Notes: generated from the sequence alone by a model not told the origin. 64,000 nucleotides of DNA from an uncultured Phycisphaerales bacterium (GCA_963755915.1 CAVWLP010000002.1:960001-1024000); one strand, 5' to 3'. Positions 52,410 to 62,969 are shown, counted from the stretch's first letter. Made by a program: numbers and translations.

Positions 52410-53789
52410 ATGAGGATGACTATGTTCAAGACAATCGGGCGGGTTCTTTTGCCAATGGTTGCGTGCGCGGTTTTGGCCGCGGCGCCGGGGGTCTTTGCAC
52501 AGGTGGCGACGCAGCCGTCGGGAACGGTTGGTCAGGGCCGGATGCGGCCGGGGCCGGCGCTCATCATCGCCAGGTATAAACACGCCGTTTCCCAACTCGA
52601 CCTCACCGACGACCAGCGCATGGAGATCGATGCCTTCTTTAACCAGGTGAATCAGCAGGGGATGGACCTTTCGCAAAAGCTCGCCGATGCCGACCCCTCC
52701 GACCGGTATCAGATGCTGGGAGATTTCGTAAAGCAGCTTCACAGCCAACTGGCCAATCTTCTCAGCGATGGACAGCTTGCCCAATTGGATAAAAACATCG
52801 GCCCGCTGACCGGCCGGCGAGTTGGGCAGTTTGGCGGCGGAGCAACGACGCAGCCGACCGCGGGGCCGGGTGTGGGGGCGGGCGTAGGTGCGGGGACGGG
52901 GCGGAATAATTTTGGGGGTGGCGCGGGGGGAATTATCCTGGCCATGCAGCAGGCGCTGGCGAAGGTGGACCTTTCCGACGATCAGAAACAGGAAGTGCAA
53001 GAACTGCTGAAGGATGCCGGCAGTCAGATCGCCGCGCTGCGGCAGAAGGCGCAGGGCGGGGCAAATGTTCAGCAGGACCTCGCCCAGGTTCGCCAGCAGG
53101 TGCGCGAGAAATTGCAGACGATTCTCACCGACGACCAAATGCAGCAGTTCGTCCAGCAGATGCAGCAATTGCGGCAAAACCGGGGACCCAGAGGAGGAGG
53201 CGGAGGCGATGGCCCGGGAGCGAGCGCGGATGTGAAATCACCCAAGCCCGATGATCTGAATTTCAACGGGCCGGAGGTCGGGTCGGCCGTTCCAGACGTG
53301 CAGATTACCGAAGCCAACGGCAGGAGCTTCACGCCGGCGAAATATAAGGGGCACGTCCTGGTGATCGAGTTTGGGTCCATGTCCTGCCCGGTTTTCCGCG
53401 AACACGCGGCGGCGATGGAGAAACTGAAAACCGCCGAGCAGGGCCGGGCATTTTTCCTGATCGTTTACACCAGGGAAGCCTTCCCCGCCGGCGATAAAAA
53501 CGCCGAGCGAAACAAGGAAGAGGGCGTTGCCGTCCCCGATGCGGCTTCCCTTGACGACCGCAAGGCGCAGGCCCTGGAGACCCAGCGCGAGCTGCGGATC
53601 ACCATCCCCATGGCCGTTGACAACATGGGCGACTCAATCTCCAAGACATTTGGCGGATTCCCCAACGGCGCGGTGGTGATCGGGAAAGATGGCGCCGTGG
53701 CGGCATATCAGCAGTGGACGAACCCCGACACGCTTCGCGAGGCGATTGATGATGCGGTCCTGGCGCCTCAAGTCGCGGAGAACCGTTGA
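52410..53789 (+). CDS. Exported protein with LTxxQ (Spy/CpxP-like) units and a C-terminal deiodinase-like thioredoxin-fold domain
   Basis: Signal peptide; LTDDQ/LSDGQ/LSDDQ/LTDDQ; FGSMSCPVF, FLIVYTREAFP, VDNM..FGGFPN. Confidence 0.72.
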   Translation: MRMTMFKTIGRVLLPMVACAVLAAAPGVFAQVATQPSGTVGQGRMRPGPALIIARYKHAVSQLDLTDDQRMEIDAFFNQVNQQGMDLSQKLADADPSDRYQMLGDFVKQLHSQLANLLSDGQLAQLDKNIGPLTGRRVGQFGGGATTQPTAGPGVGAGVGAGTGRNNFGGGAGGIILAMQQALAKVDLSDDQKQEVQELLKDAGSQIAALRQKAQGGANVQQDLAQVRQQVREKLQTILTDDQMQQFVQQMQQLRQNRGPRGGGGGDGPGASADVKSPKPDDLNFNGPEVGSAVPDVQITEANGRSFTPAKYKGHVLVIEFGSMSCPVFREHAAAMEKLKTAEQGRAFFLIVYTREAFPAGDKNAERNKEEGVAVPDAASLDDRKAQALETQRELRITIPMAVDNMGDSISKTFGGFPNGAVVIGKDGAVAAYQQWTNPDTLREAIDDAVLAPQVAENR

Positions 53790-53835
53790 CGAGAACCGTT
53801 GACGGGGGACTGTCTCAACCGAACAATCTGGGGCA

Positions 53836-54684
53836 ATGAGCCAGTTCAACCAGGAGGTGGCGGCATCGCAGGCGTCGCGCCGTACGCTGGGGCCTTTTGC
53901 CCGCGCCATCCTCACGGTTACGCCGCAAGGCGTATATGCCGTGCCGGTCGAGGATATGTACGTCGGGGTTTGGCTTCGCCAACGGGGGTGCTACAACCCG
54001 GAAGAGCTGAATGTTCTGCGATCGATGTGCGATGCGCAGACGCGGCTGCTGGTCGTCGGCGCCCACATCGGGGCGCTGGCCATTCCGCTGGCGAAAATCT
54101 GCCGAAGCGTTGTGGCGGTCGAAGCCAATCCGCAGACGTCCGAGCTATTGCAGCTCAACGTGTCGCTGAACAATCTCACCAACTGCAAAGTGATTCGCTG
54201 CGCGGCGTCCAACCAGGCGGGGGAGATCGAATTCGTTATGAACCGCTCCAACAGTGGCGGAAGCAAGCGCAAGCCGGCGGTTCATCTGCAAAATTATTTC
54301 TACGACAACCCCGAAGTGGTGAAAGTGGAAGCGGGACGGCTGGACGATCTGCTCGCGGGGGAAGAGTTCGACGTCGTGCTTATGGACATCGAAGGCTCCG
54401 AATATTTCGCCCTTCAGGGGATGCAGCGGATTCTCGCCTCGGTGGGGGTACTGCAGGTGGAATTTCTGCCCCATCATCTTCTGTACGTGGCGGCGGTGCC
54501 GCTGAACGATTTTGTTTCGGTGATCGCGCCGCATTTTGCGTCGCTGTTTATTCCCACGAAGGGTCTGCTGGTGCCTCAGGATCAGTTCGCGGCGACCCTG
54601 GGCGGAATGTACGACCGGGGGGAGGGGGACCAGGGCCTGATATTTCTGAAAGCCGGCCGCGAGCTGCCGTTCATTCGAAAATGA
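53836..54684 (+). CDS. FkbM-family methyltransferase
   Basis: VGAHIG, AVEANP, LMDIEGSE..LQG, VEF. Confidence 0.88.
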   Translation: MSQFNQEVAASQASRRTLGPFARAILTVTPQGVYAVPVEDMYVGVWLRQRGCYNPEELNVLRSMCDAQTRLLVVGAHIGALAIPLAKICRSVVAVEANPQTSELLQLNVSLNNLTNCKVIRCAASNQAGEIEFVMNRSNSGGSKRKPAVHLQNYFYDNPEVVKVEAGRLDDLLAGEEFDVVLMDIEGSEYFALQGMQRILASVGVLQVEFLPHHLLYVAAVPLNDFVSVIAPHFASLFIPTKGLLVPQDQFAATLGGMYDRGEGDQGLIFLKAGRELPFIRK

Positions 54685-56628
54685 CCATGGCATGCCCGTC
54701 GATCCGGGGGATGACGGTTTCGGTGCGACCGTTGGCGTATTCGAAATCCAACGGCGATTCATCCGGGGCAAGGTATACGCGGGCGGGTTTGCGGGGGGTT
54801 TTCAGCGACAACTTGATGTTAAACAGCGGGACGATGTCCTCGACGATATCCAGCGACGGCGTACGCCGCTGGGGGCTGTAGTGCAGAACGTGGACAATCG
54901 AGCGGGCGCCTTGACGGGTGATCGTGGCTTCGGTCATCGCGGGAGCGTCAAGGCGAATCAGCGGCTCAGGGAGTATTCGCGACAGAATCGTATCGACCAG
55001 CCAGCGGCAGGCGAGGTTTCCGTTGTTGGCATAGGAATCGAAAACCGGCAGCGGGATATACCCCACGCGGCCTTTTAACACCGCGGCCGCGTATTGGGTG
55101 AGCTTTTGCGGCGGGGTTTGCCGATGGCTGCAAAAATGCACCCAGGTGCGCTCGAAATAAGGCTCAACGATTGAGGCGAGCTGTTTTGTTCCCGCTGCGC
55201 GCGGACGCGCACGCCGCGGTCGTACATGACGTGGTCGATCGCCGGGATATCGCCGGAAAATTCTTTCGCGAAGCGAACGTACGTGGCTGTAAATGGGGAA
55301 AAACCCTCCGGCTCGATGCCAAGTTGCGGAAGCGCCTTTTGGGCATTGTCTGAAAGGCCGGCCGTGCCCGTGGCCAGCATCGCGCCCCCCTGCCGGAGGA
55401 ACGCGGAGAGCCGTTTGGCCGTGGCGGCGTCGAGTTCGACGGCGTCGGGGAGGATCAGCAGTTCGTAATCCGAGAATTTGTGCGCGGGCGAAATGATGTC
55501 GAACTGATGCTTGAGCTGCGTGAGCATCTGCGTCACGCCCTCTTCCGTGCGAACGCCCGCGCCCGACGTCTGGAGAACGCCGATTTGGGTGATCGGAACC
55601 GCGCCCCGGAGCCAGGGTTCGCGTTCTTCAACGCGGCCGTAGGCTTTGCCGACGAGATCGTAGGCGGGTTGCTCCAGCTTTCCGCGGGGGTGGAGCTGGT
55701 CGCCGATGCTGCACGCCGCGGCGTGGGCCATCATCAGGCTGGTTTCATATTCGAGCGCCGCGTATGGCTTAATTCCGCCGAAATCCGCCCACGATTTGTG
55801 GAAGCGAGCCGTCTGTCCGAGATAGGGCCGGCCAAGCGTGCGCACGTGTCGGACGTGACGAGGAAAATAGAGATACCCCCAGCCGCCGGTTGGAAGCGCT
55901 TCAATCTCCACATGCGAAAACGTGGAGATTTCCGGGGCAAGTTTGTCCAGGCTCCGGGCGTTGAAAAAGACCGAGGCGCCGGGGCTGGAAGATTGCACCA
56001 TCCGGTAAAACCGCTTCATGTAATCGCGGGAAACCTGCAGGGCCAGGCGATCACGATCGGCGGATGATTCCGGATCGAGATGGGCGCGGCGCATCGCCTC
56101 CATGAAATATCGATTCGTCGACGGTTGGTCCCAGCACATATCGAAAAAGATTCCGTCGACCGGCTTGAAGAGCTTCAGCACCTCACTCGTTTGCTCGGCG
56201 AGATATTCCTGGTAGGGGGACGTCATCTCCAGGATTTGCCAGCCGGGGTTGAAGATTCCCGACGGGCGGCGCACCGGGGCTCCCTGCGCGTCGCGGGCGA
56301 TCCATTCGGGGTGCGTATTTGCCGCGTATTCGTCGCACAGGATGCTGATGTAGATCGGAGCCCGAATGCCGGCGCCGTGCAGCGCGTCAACCTGCTCGGC
56401 CAGCAGGTCCAGCGATTTGGGCAATCCCGGATGCCGCTCCGGGCGCGACGTTTTGTAATAAAGATGCCCGTGATGGCACTTGGCAAAGACGGTCACGCTG
56501 TCGATATGCGCCGCCTTGAACGTGGCCGCGAATTCTCGCGCGTTGAACTGCGCGCCGACATCAAAAATATCGGGGCCGGTGTGGAAATCGAGGTGGATTT
56601 GCCGGCGGGGAAAGTCGCGCAAAGCCAT
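54671..56628 (-). CDS. Glycoside hydrolase (GHL6/GH151 alpha-L-fucosidase-like) with beta-galactosidase trimerisation domain (frameshift near 55190)
   Basis: RQIHLDFHT, VFAKCHHG, DGIFFD, EIEALPTGGWGY, RFHKSWADFGG, IGDQLHPRG. Confidence 0.85.
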
Positions 56629-57814
56629 CAGCGAAGCCTCGAGTCGCTGTTCCCAATGCCGCGCAGGGCCAGGTTGAGGGCATCGACGTTGCTCGCAAGC
56701 CGTTTGGCCTCGGCCACGTCGATGATCTGCTTCTGGAACAGCTCGGTGAGGTGCTGGTCGAAGCTCTGGCTGCCGCCCTCTTTGTTGCCCACGGTTCCCT
56801 TGAGCTTTTCGTATTCGCCTTCAAGGATGTATTTCCGCACCAGCGGCGAGGCCTGCATGATTTCGACCACCGGAACGCGCCCCTTCCCGTCGCGCCGCTT
56901 GGCCAGACGCTGACACACAACGGCTATGAGATTAAGGCCCAGCTGCGTCTGCTGAAGCTCTTTTTGATTCGGGTCAAACAGCGAGACCATTCGCTCGATG
57001 GTCATCGCCGCGTTGGTGGCGTGAACCGTCGTGAAAACCAGGTGCCCCGTGTCCGCCGCACGCAATGACGTCGACAGCGAGAACGAATCGCGCATCTCGC
57101 CGATCAGGATCGTGTCCGGATCCTGCCGCATCATCGAACGCAACGCATATTCATAGCTTTCGCTGTCGGTGCCGACTTCCACCTGGCTCACAAGGCTCTT
57201 GGCGTTCTCGTGCTGATATTCGATCGGATCTTCAACCGTGATGATCCGCTCGCGCGCGTGCGATTGATCTTGCCGATGACGGCCGCAAGCGTCGTCGATT
57301 TACCGGAACCCGTCGTGCCGGAAACGATGATGATTCCGCGGTGATGTTCGGAAAGCGTTTCGATCTGAGGCGGCAGGTTCAGATCGTCGAAACTCGGGAT
57401 CTTGGTGACGATCCGCCGCATGACGATCGCAAACTTCTCGCGGCTGTGAAAAATGTTGGTCCTGAACCGGGCCGCGGGCGTGATGTAGGCAACGTCGACC
57501 GCGCCTTTGTGGTCGAGCGTGCGCTTCCGTTCCTCCGGCTCCCCCTGCGCGTCGATGATCTGGGTGACGTATTCCTTCATCGCCTCATCCGAAGGCGGCG
57601 CGCAGTCGAGAAATCGTGCCCGCCCATCCACGCGGATCATGGGAGTGCTCCCCGCCTGGAGGTGCAGGTCCGACCCCCCGATCTTCACGCACGTTTTCAG
57701 AAAATCCTGCAGCGACAACTTGCGCTCTTCAACGTGAATGTTCGGCTGAGGCGTGTCACGATCGATGGCGGCATTTTCAACGATTGGGCCGGTCTGGGAA
57801 CTTTGAACGGACAT
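56628..57814 (-). CDS. pilT: PilT/PilU-family type IV pilus retraction ATPase (frameshift near 57255)
   Basis: SDLHL, GTTGSGKSTT, ITVEDPIEY, RQDPDTILIGEMRD, TGHLVFTTVH, QSFDQHL. Confidence 0.9.
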
Positions 57815-57929
57815 GGCTGGGAATTCCTCTCGCGCAACAAATTGGGCAGGCGGTTCATCCTTCGCTGGACGCATCCAATGTTAGGTCGCAAGGGGAGATT
57901 TCGCAACGAAAATCGGGTAGAGTTTGGTC

Positions 57930-58700
57930 ATGAAACCCCGGACATTGGTCCTTCGTGCCGCCGGCACTAACTGCGACGTAGAAACGGCTTATGCCTTCGA
58001 GCGGGCGGGGGCAAAATCGGATTCCATCCATATCAATCGAATTCTGGAGCAGCCCCGGATCCTCGATGATTATCAGATTCTGGCCTTTCCCGGCGGCTTC
58101 AGCTACGGCGACGACATCGCCGCCGGGAAAATCCTCGCCAACCAGATCGTCCATCACCTCGGCGATGCCGTGCGCAAATTCATCGACGCCGGCAAACCGG
58201 TGATCGGCATCTGCAACGGATTTCAAGTTTTGGTTAAGACGGATTTATTGCCGGGCCCCCTGGTTGGTAAAACGGGGCAGACAGCGACGCTCACCAACAA
58301 CGATTCGGGGCGGTTTATCGATCGCTGGGTGCACCTTGCGGGAAAGAGCGAGAAATGCGTTTGGACTCGCGGAGTCGGCGAAATCGATCTCCCGATCGCG
58401 CACGGCGAAGGCAAATTCGTGCCGGTGGATGATGCCGTGCGAGCCGCGCTTTGGGAGAGCCAGCAGGTAGCGATGGTCTACAGCGGCCAAAACCCCAACG
58501 GCTCGGTGGACGACATCGCCGGTGTTTGCGATTCAACAGGGCTTGTCTTCGGCCTGATGCCCCACCCCGAGCGGCATATCGATCCAACCCAGCATTACGC
58601 CTGGACCTCGCGCCCGAAGTTGCCGGCGGAGGGGGATGGGCTGAGGATTTTCCGCAATGCGGTGGCGCATGTGGGGGAAGCGGTGGGGGCGGGGGTGTGA
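57930..58700 (+). CDS. purQ: Phosphoribosylformylglycinamidine synthase glutaminase subunit
   Basis: GTNCD, PGGFSYGD, GICNGFQ, PIAHGEG, NPNGS, GLMPHPER. Confidence 0.95.
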   Translation: MKPRTLVLRAAGTNCDVETAYAFERAGAKSDSIHINRILEQPRILDDYQILAFPGGFSYGDDIAAGKILANQIVHHLGDAVRKFIDAGKPVIGICNGFQVLVKTDLLPGPLVGKTGQTATLTNNDSGRFIDRWVHLAGKSEKCVWTRGVGEIDLPIAHGEGKFVPVDDAVRAALWESQQVAMVYSGQNPNGSVDDIAGVCDSTGLVFGLMPHPERHIDPTQHYAWTSRPKLPAEGDGLRIFRNAVAHVGEAVGAGV

Positions 58701-58716
58701 ACGCAAAAGCGCCTGC

Positions 58717-58744
58717 TTGCCAATCGCGAATTTCGTTATATAAT
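58717..58744 (+). promoter_or_regulatory. Sigma-70-type promoter of the TA pair
   Basis: TTGCCA-N16-TATAAT, with 7 nt between the -10 box and the TTG start. Confidence 0.6.
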
Positions 58745-58751
58745 TTTATTA

Positions 58752-59084
58752 TTGTTCTTTGCATGGGATGACGCAAACCGCGACCACATCTCGAAACATG
58801 GCGTTGCGCCTACGGAGGCTGAGTTCGTGGTCGAGAATGCAACCCAACCGTTTCCGCAGCACATCGGCGATGGCAAGCGGCGCGTTTGGGGAGCAACGGC
58901 CGAAGGTCGCATGCTGCAAGTAATCTACGTGCTGAAGAAGCAAGAAGATGTGCAGTTTGAATCCGTTCCCGTTTTGGACTGGATCCAGCTTGAGAGCGAT
59001 CCACAGACGAGAATTGTGCGCGTAATACACGCGATGGAGCTCACAACTGACATGAAGCGACGATTGCGCAAGCTCAGGAGGTAA
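58752..59084 (+). CDS. BrnT-like toxin
   Basis: FAWDDANRDHISKHGV..EAE, GAT.EGRMLQVIY, RVIHA. Confidence 0.72.
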   Translation: MFFAWDDANRDHISKHGVAPTEAEFVVENATQPFPQHIGDGKRRVWGATAEGRMLQVIYVLKKQEDVQFESVPVLDWIQLESDPQTRIVRVIHAMELTTDMKRRLRKLRR

Positions 59085-59086
59085 TC

Positions 59087-59416
59087 TTGAATATGAAATC
59101 AACAACTCGAAATCGCGGGCGAAAAATGAAGCGGACTCCCGATGAAAACGATTTTGCCGCCCTCGACGTCTGGGCCCGGAATCTCAAACTCTCTGATGGC
59201 AAGCCTCTTAGTGCTGCTCAACGTCGTGAGGAAAAGCTTGCCCGTAGCGTGGGCCGCCCCCGGATTCCCGAATCCGCCAAGGCCAAGAGGCTGATGATCA
59301 GCATGTCTCCCGCACTGATTAAGGCCGCAGACCATTTTGCAAAGCGAACCGGCCGCACCCTCTCCGGACTCATTGCGGAAAGCCTGGCTGAAAAAATAAT
59401 AAAGAAGGCTTCCTGA
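59087..59416 (+). CDS. Cognate antitoxin with C-terminal RHH/CopG-like domain
   Basis: GRPRI..KRLMISM..LIKAADHFAKRTGRTLSGLIAESL; GGAGG RBS. Confidence 0.7.
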   Translation: MNMKSTTRNRGRKMKRTPDENDFAALDVWARNLKLSDGKPLSAAQRREEKLARSVGRPRIPESAKAKRLMISMSPALIKAADHFAKRTGRTLSGLIAESLAEKIIKKAS

Positions 59417-59445
59417 GGCGCAGAATTTGTTTCAGGCAATTGAGA

Positions 59446-60021
59446 TCAAATTGCCGCCGCCAGGCAGTGGTCCCACAAGATTTTCCACTCAAGCCGCTGC
59501 AACTGCATTACGATTTTGTCCCGCGAGTCCGATTCGTTTTCGCTGACCTCCTCGGCCAGATCGACAAACGCATTAGGATTCCACCCCGTCGCGGTCACGC
59601 GAAGAAGCGATTTATCCGCCGGCGCCGGATTCACGACCGCTGGCGCCTGAGCCGCGAGAACTTGCAGTGCCGGGTGGCTCGCACACCGCGCGTACCAATA
59701 TTTGCTGTTGGAAAAATCCCCCTCCCGGCGGTGCATGATCGCGTGCCAGAAGGCGTAGGTGCTGCCGCTCTTCTCATCCGGCGGATTCTGGACGATCCGG
59801 TGGCACTCCTCAAGCCCGTCATTCCAGAGCCATAGCCCGGCCAGAAGCGCGCTGGCGAAGGCAGGGGATTTCACGGGAACAGTCAGCAATTGCTCCGGGC
59901 GGGTCGTCTCCAGAATTTCGCGCGCGGCGGGAAAAGCCTCGCCAGTTACCACGAGGGCCTCATAGGCGCGTGGGTTGGCTTCGAGGATTTTAACGGCAAT
60001 GGATGAGCGGCTATCAGTCAT
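59446..60021 (-). CDS. Conserved hypothetical protein
   Basis: LWLWND..CHRIVQ, FWHAIMHRREGDFSNSKYW, EWKILWDHC; typical codon usage. Confidence 0.75.
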   Translation of the reverse strand: MTDSRSSIAVKILEANPRAYEALVVTGEAFPAAREILETTRPEQLLTVPVKSPAFASALLAGLWLWNDGLEECHRIVQNPPDEKSGSTYAFWHAIMHRREGDFSNSKYWYARCASHPALQVLAAQAPAVVNPAPADKSLLRVTATGWNPNAFVDLAEEVSENESDSRDKIVMQLQRLEWKILWDHCLAAAI

Positions 60022-60039
60022 GAACTCCCGCGATTTTAA

Positions 60040-60321
60040 TCAAGCGACCTTGAGCGGCTTAATCCTGATTCGATTTGGGCGGATCTGGGCAAGGTCGTAT
60101 TGCGCCTGTTGAATCAGCCAACTCTCCGCACTGCCGCCAAACACTTTCGAGAGCCTGACGGCCATTTCCGCTGAAATTCCACGCTTCTTGTTAACGAGTT
60201 CGGAGAGCGTGGTGCGCGTCACGCCCAGCGCAGCGGCGGCCTCGGTAATGCTCAAGTTCAGCGGCTCGATGCACTGACGCAAAACGAAACCTCCGGGATG
60301 AGGCGGATTTTTCATGGGCAT
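60040..60321 (-). CDS. higA: HigA-family antitoxin (XRE HTH)
   Basis: [52 protein letters not shown]. Confidence 0.93.
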   Translation of the reverse strand: MPMKNPPHPGGFVLRQCIEPLNLSITEAAAALGVTRTTLSELVNKKRGISAEMAVRLSKVFGGSAESWLIQQAQYDLAQIRPNRIRIKPLKVA

Positions 60322-60336
60322 CGCGAAATTCCTCTC

Positions 60337-60378
60337 TCAATGATAGTCAGTGTAATCGACCTCTAAAACATTCTGGCT
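60337..60378 (-). pseudogene. higB: 3' remnant of the higB toxin gene
   Basis: Reads SQNVLEVDYTDYH* 15 nt upstream of higA, matching the typical HigB C-terminus; no start codon and an in-frame stop shortly upstream. Confidence 0.7.
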
Positions 60379-60402
60379 CTGATGCGCGGCCTCATCTCAA
60401 GA

Positions 60403-61752
60403 CTAGCCATCACCCCTGGCCTCCGCCGGAGTACCGGAGGAGCCAGCAGGGGACTTATCTCGCGGCCCCGTCTGCCGCATCGCCGTCACATGCTCCCGCC
60501 CCAGATCCACCTTGCTGATATCGGGCCGGAAAAACAACGCCACCGTCCAGTCGGCGACGATCCGCACGCGCTGCGCCCAGCGCGGCATCACGCTCAGATA
60601 GTAAGTCCGCCGCGCCCACCACGCGAAAAACCCGCGAATCCGAATGCCCAGCACCGTCCCCAGCCCCTTGTAATGCCCCAGCGCGGCCATCAATCCGAGC
60701 ATCTTGAATTCAAACGGCGCCGGCTGCCTCCCGTCCAGCACGGCCACGATGTTGTCCGCCAGCGTCACGGCCTGACGCATCGCGAACTGTGCCAGCTTAG
60801 GATACGGCTTGCCCTGTGCGTCAGGAACCGATGCACAGTCGCCCAGCGCCCAGATTTCCGGCCGTTCCTTGCACCGCATGGCGCCGTCCACGATCAGGTG
60901 CCCATGCTTGTCCCTGGGCAGCGGCAGATTCGCGACCACAGGGCTCGGCAGGATGCCGGCCGAAAGCAGAATCGTTCCGGCTTCGATCACCCGATCCTTC
61001 AGATGCACCCGGTCCGCCTCAATCGATTGAACCGGCGAAGACGTAAGAATCTGCACCCCCACCCGCCGGGTCAGAACCTTCACGGCATATTCCGAAAGAA
61101 CCTGCGGCACCTCCGGCATGATCCGCTCCGTGGCCTGGATGAGATAAAGCTGCATCTCATCCCGCCGCACGCGCGGATAATAACGCACGATCTCGTCCAT
61201 GAAGCTGCTCAGCTCCCCAAACGCCTCGGAGCCCACGAAACCCCCGCCGATGACGACCAGCGTCAACAGCCGCTTCCGTTCCCGCGGATCGTTCTCCACA
61301 TCCGCGCGCTCCAGGCATTCGATGACGTGATTCCGTAGAACGATCACATCCGCCAGCGATTTGAACGGCATCGCATTGTCGGACCCGGGAATCTGCCGTG
61401 TATTCGTAACCGCCCCCAGCGCAAGGACGAGCTGATCGTACGCAACCTCATGCTTCGTTCCCGGCCCCCACGCGGCATGAACGATCCGGCGATCGACGTC
61501 GATGCTGTCGATGATCCCCTCGATATATCGCGTCCTGCGCAGGAATGAGCGGATCGACACCGAGCAGTGGCGAAGCTCAAGTGTGCCCGTGCACGCCTCA
61601 AACATCAGCGGCGTCATCAGCAGAAAATTGTCCCGGCTGATCAGCGTGATTTGAACGTCGGCCCGATGTTTGCACAGCTTCTCCAGCCGCCGCGCCGCCA
61701 GAACGCCTGCGAATCCACCGCCGAGGATGAGGATCTTCTTCGGATCAGCCAT
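60403..61752 (-). CDS. ndh: Type II NADH dehydrogenase-like FAD-dependent oxidoreductase
   Basis: ILGGGFAG, YDQLVLALG, VIGGGFVGSE, WALGDCA, AQFAMRQ, WWARRTYYL. Confidence 0.88.
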   Translation of the reverse strand: MADPKKILILGGGFAGVLAARRLEKLCKHRADVQITLISRDNFLLMTPLMFEACTGTLELRHCSVSIRSFLRRTRYIEGIIDSIDVDRRIVHAAWGPGTKHEVAYDQLVLALGAVTNTRQIPGSDNAMPFKSLADVIVLRNHVIECLERADVENDPRERKRLLTLVVIGGGFVGSEAFGELSSFMDEIVRYYPRVRRDEMQLYLIQATERIMPEVPQVLSEYAVKVLTRRVGVQILTSSPVQSIEADRVHLKDRVIEAGTILLSAGILPSPVVANLPLPRDKHGHLIVDGAMRCKERPEIWALGDCASVPDAQGKPYPKLAQFAMRQAVTLADNIVAVLDGRQPAPFEFKMLGLMAALGHYKGLGTVLGIRIRGFFAWWARRTYYLSVMPRWAQRVRIVADWTVALFFRPDISKVDLGREHVTAMRQTGPRDKSPAGSSGTPAEARGDG

Positions 61753-61753
61753 G

Positions 61754-62969
61754 TCAGAACTCGACGAATTCGATGATGGAGCCGGCGGGTTGAGCGGGGT
61801 GGTTTTCGGGCAAAATCATTAGCGAATTCGCGCGGCTCAGTGTGAAGATGTCGGCGGAGCCTCTCCATTGCAAGGGCGTGAGGCAGCGCCCGTCGAAAAT
61901 CGCCGGACGATAGAAAGTGCGCGGGCCATTGGCCTCCAACGGTCCGGCCAAGGGTGCCATGCGCGTGGGTTCGTCGGCCGGACCGCCGGCGATCCGGCGG
62001 ATCAAACGCGAAACCAAGATTCTCGTGCAGACGAAAGCGCTGACCGGGTTTCCGGGGAGACCGAAGACAAATTTGCCGCTGGGCAGTTGGGCGAAGACGA
62101 ACGGCTTGCCGGGTTTGATACGAAGCTTTGTGATCTTCAGATCCGCGCCGAGTTTTTTCAGGACTCCGGGGACATAGTCCCGTTCCCCCATGCTCATGCC
62201 GCCGGTGATGAGGAGGATGTCCCAATGTCCTAAAGTGGGACTGACAACTTTTTGTTCAATGAGAACCGGATCATCCGAAACGATTCCACAACCACGTGCG
62301 ACACACGGAAGGTCGGTGAGCGCCCCAAATAACACTTCGGTGTTGCAAGCTCGAATTTGCGAGCCCGTTGGAATTTGATCTCGATCGACAAGTTCGTCGC
62401 CGGTTTCGATGATCCCGACGGCCACCCCGTCGTAGGTCAATGGATTGTGGCCCCCTGCGCTGTGGGCGACCGCCTGTTGAATTGATTTGAGGCGAGTTCC
62501 GGCCTTGAGCACAACAGAACCAGCCGCCGCTTCACTGCCGCGGTGCGCAATTGATTCGCCCGGCTTCACTGCCTGCTGCACGGCAATTCGGTTGGGAGAA
62601 CCGGCGGGTTTGGTCATCTCAATCGGCACGACCGCATCAGCGTTTTGCGGGAGAGGTGCGCCGGTCATGATGGCCACCGCCTGGCGCTCCCCTACCGCTA
62701 TTGTCGCCAACCCCCCTGCCGCTACCCGCCCTACCACTTCAAGCTCGCGTGGGACCGTTCGCACGTCTTGCGACCGGACTGCAAACCCGTCCATCAAGCT
62801 TTTGTCAAACGGCGGCGAATCACGATCGGCAAGCACATCCTCTGCCAGGTAACGCCCCCAGCATTTTCCCACCCTGTCTTCTCTGCCGGCGCGGATGGAC
62901 CGAAACTCCGTCAATGATTTCCATCGCCTGCTGCACGGTCATCAACTCCGAGACATCAAGTTCGGCCAT
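61754..62969 (-). CDS. moeA: Molybdopterin molybdotransferase MoeA (frameshift near 62890)
   Basis: PPFDKSLMDGFAV, IMTGAPLP, TGDELV, TGGMSMGERDY, IKPGKP, GLPGNPVS. Confidence 0.92.

Noticed and set aside
53370-53396. Selenoprotein reading of the deiodinase-like domain
   Set aside because: The codon is TGC (Cys), not an in-frame TGA.
1-62969. Frameshifts in IOR, gltD, gltB, sufB, sufS, rodA, the GH, pilT and moeA as pseudogenisation or programmed frameshifting
   Set aside because: They are scattered through core genes with otherwise intact motifs, often in GC or homopolymer runs. Uncorrected long-read indels are the simplest explanation.
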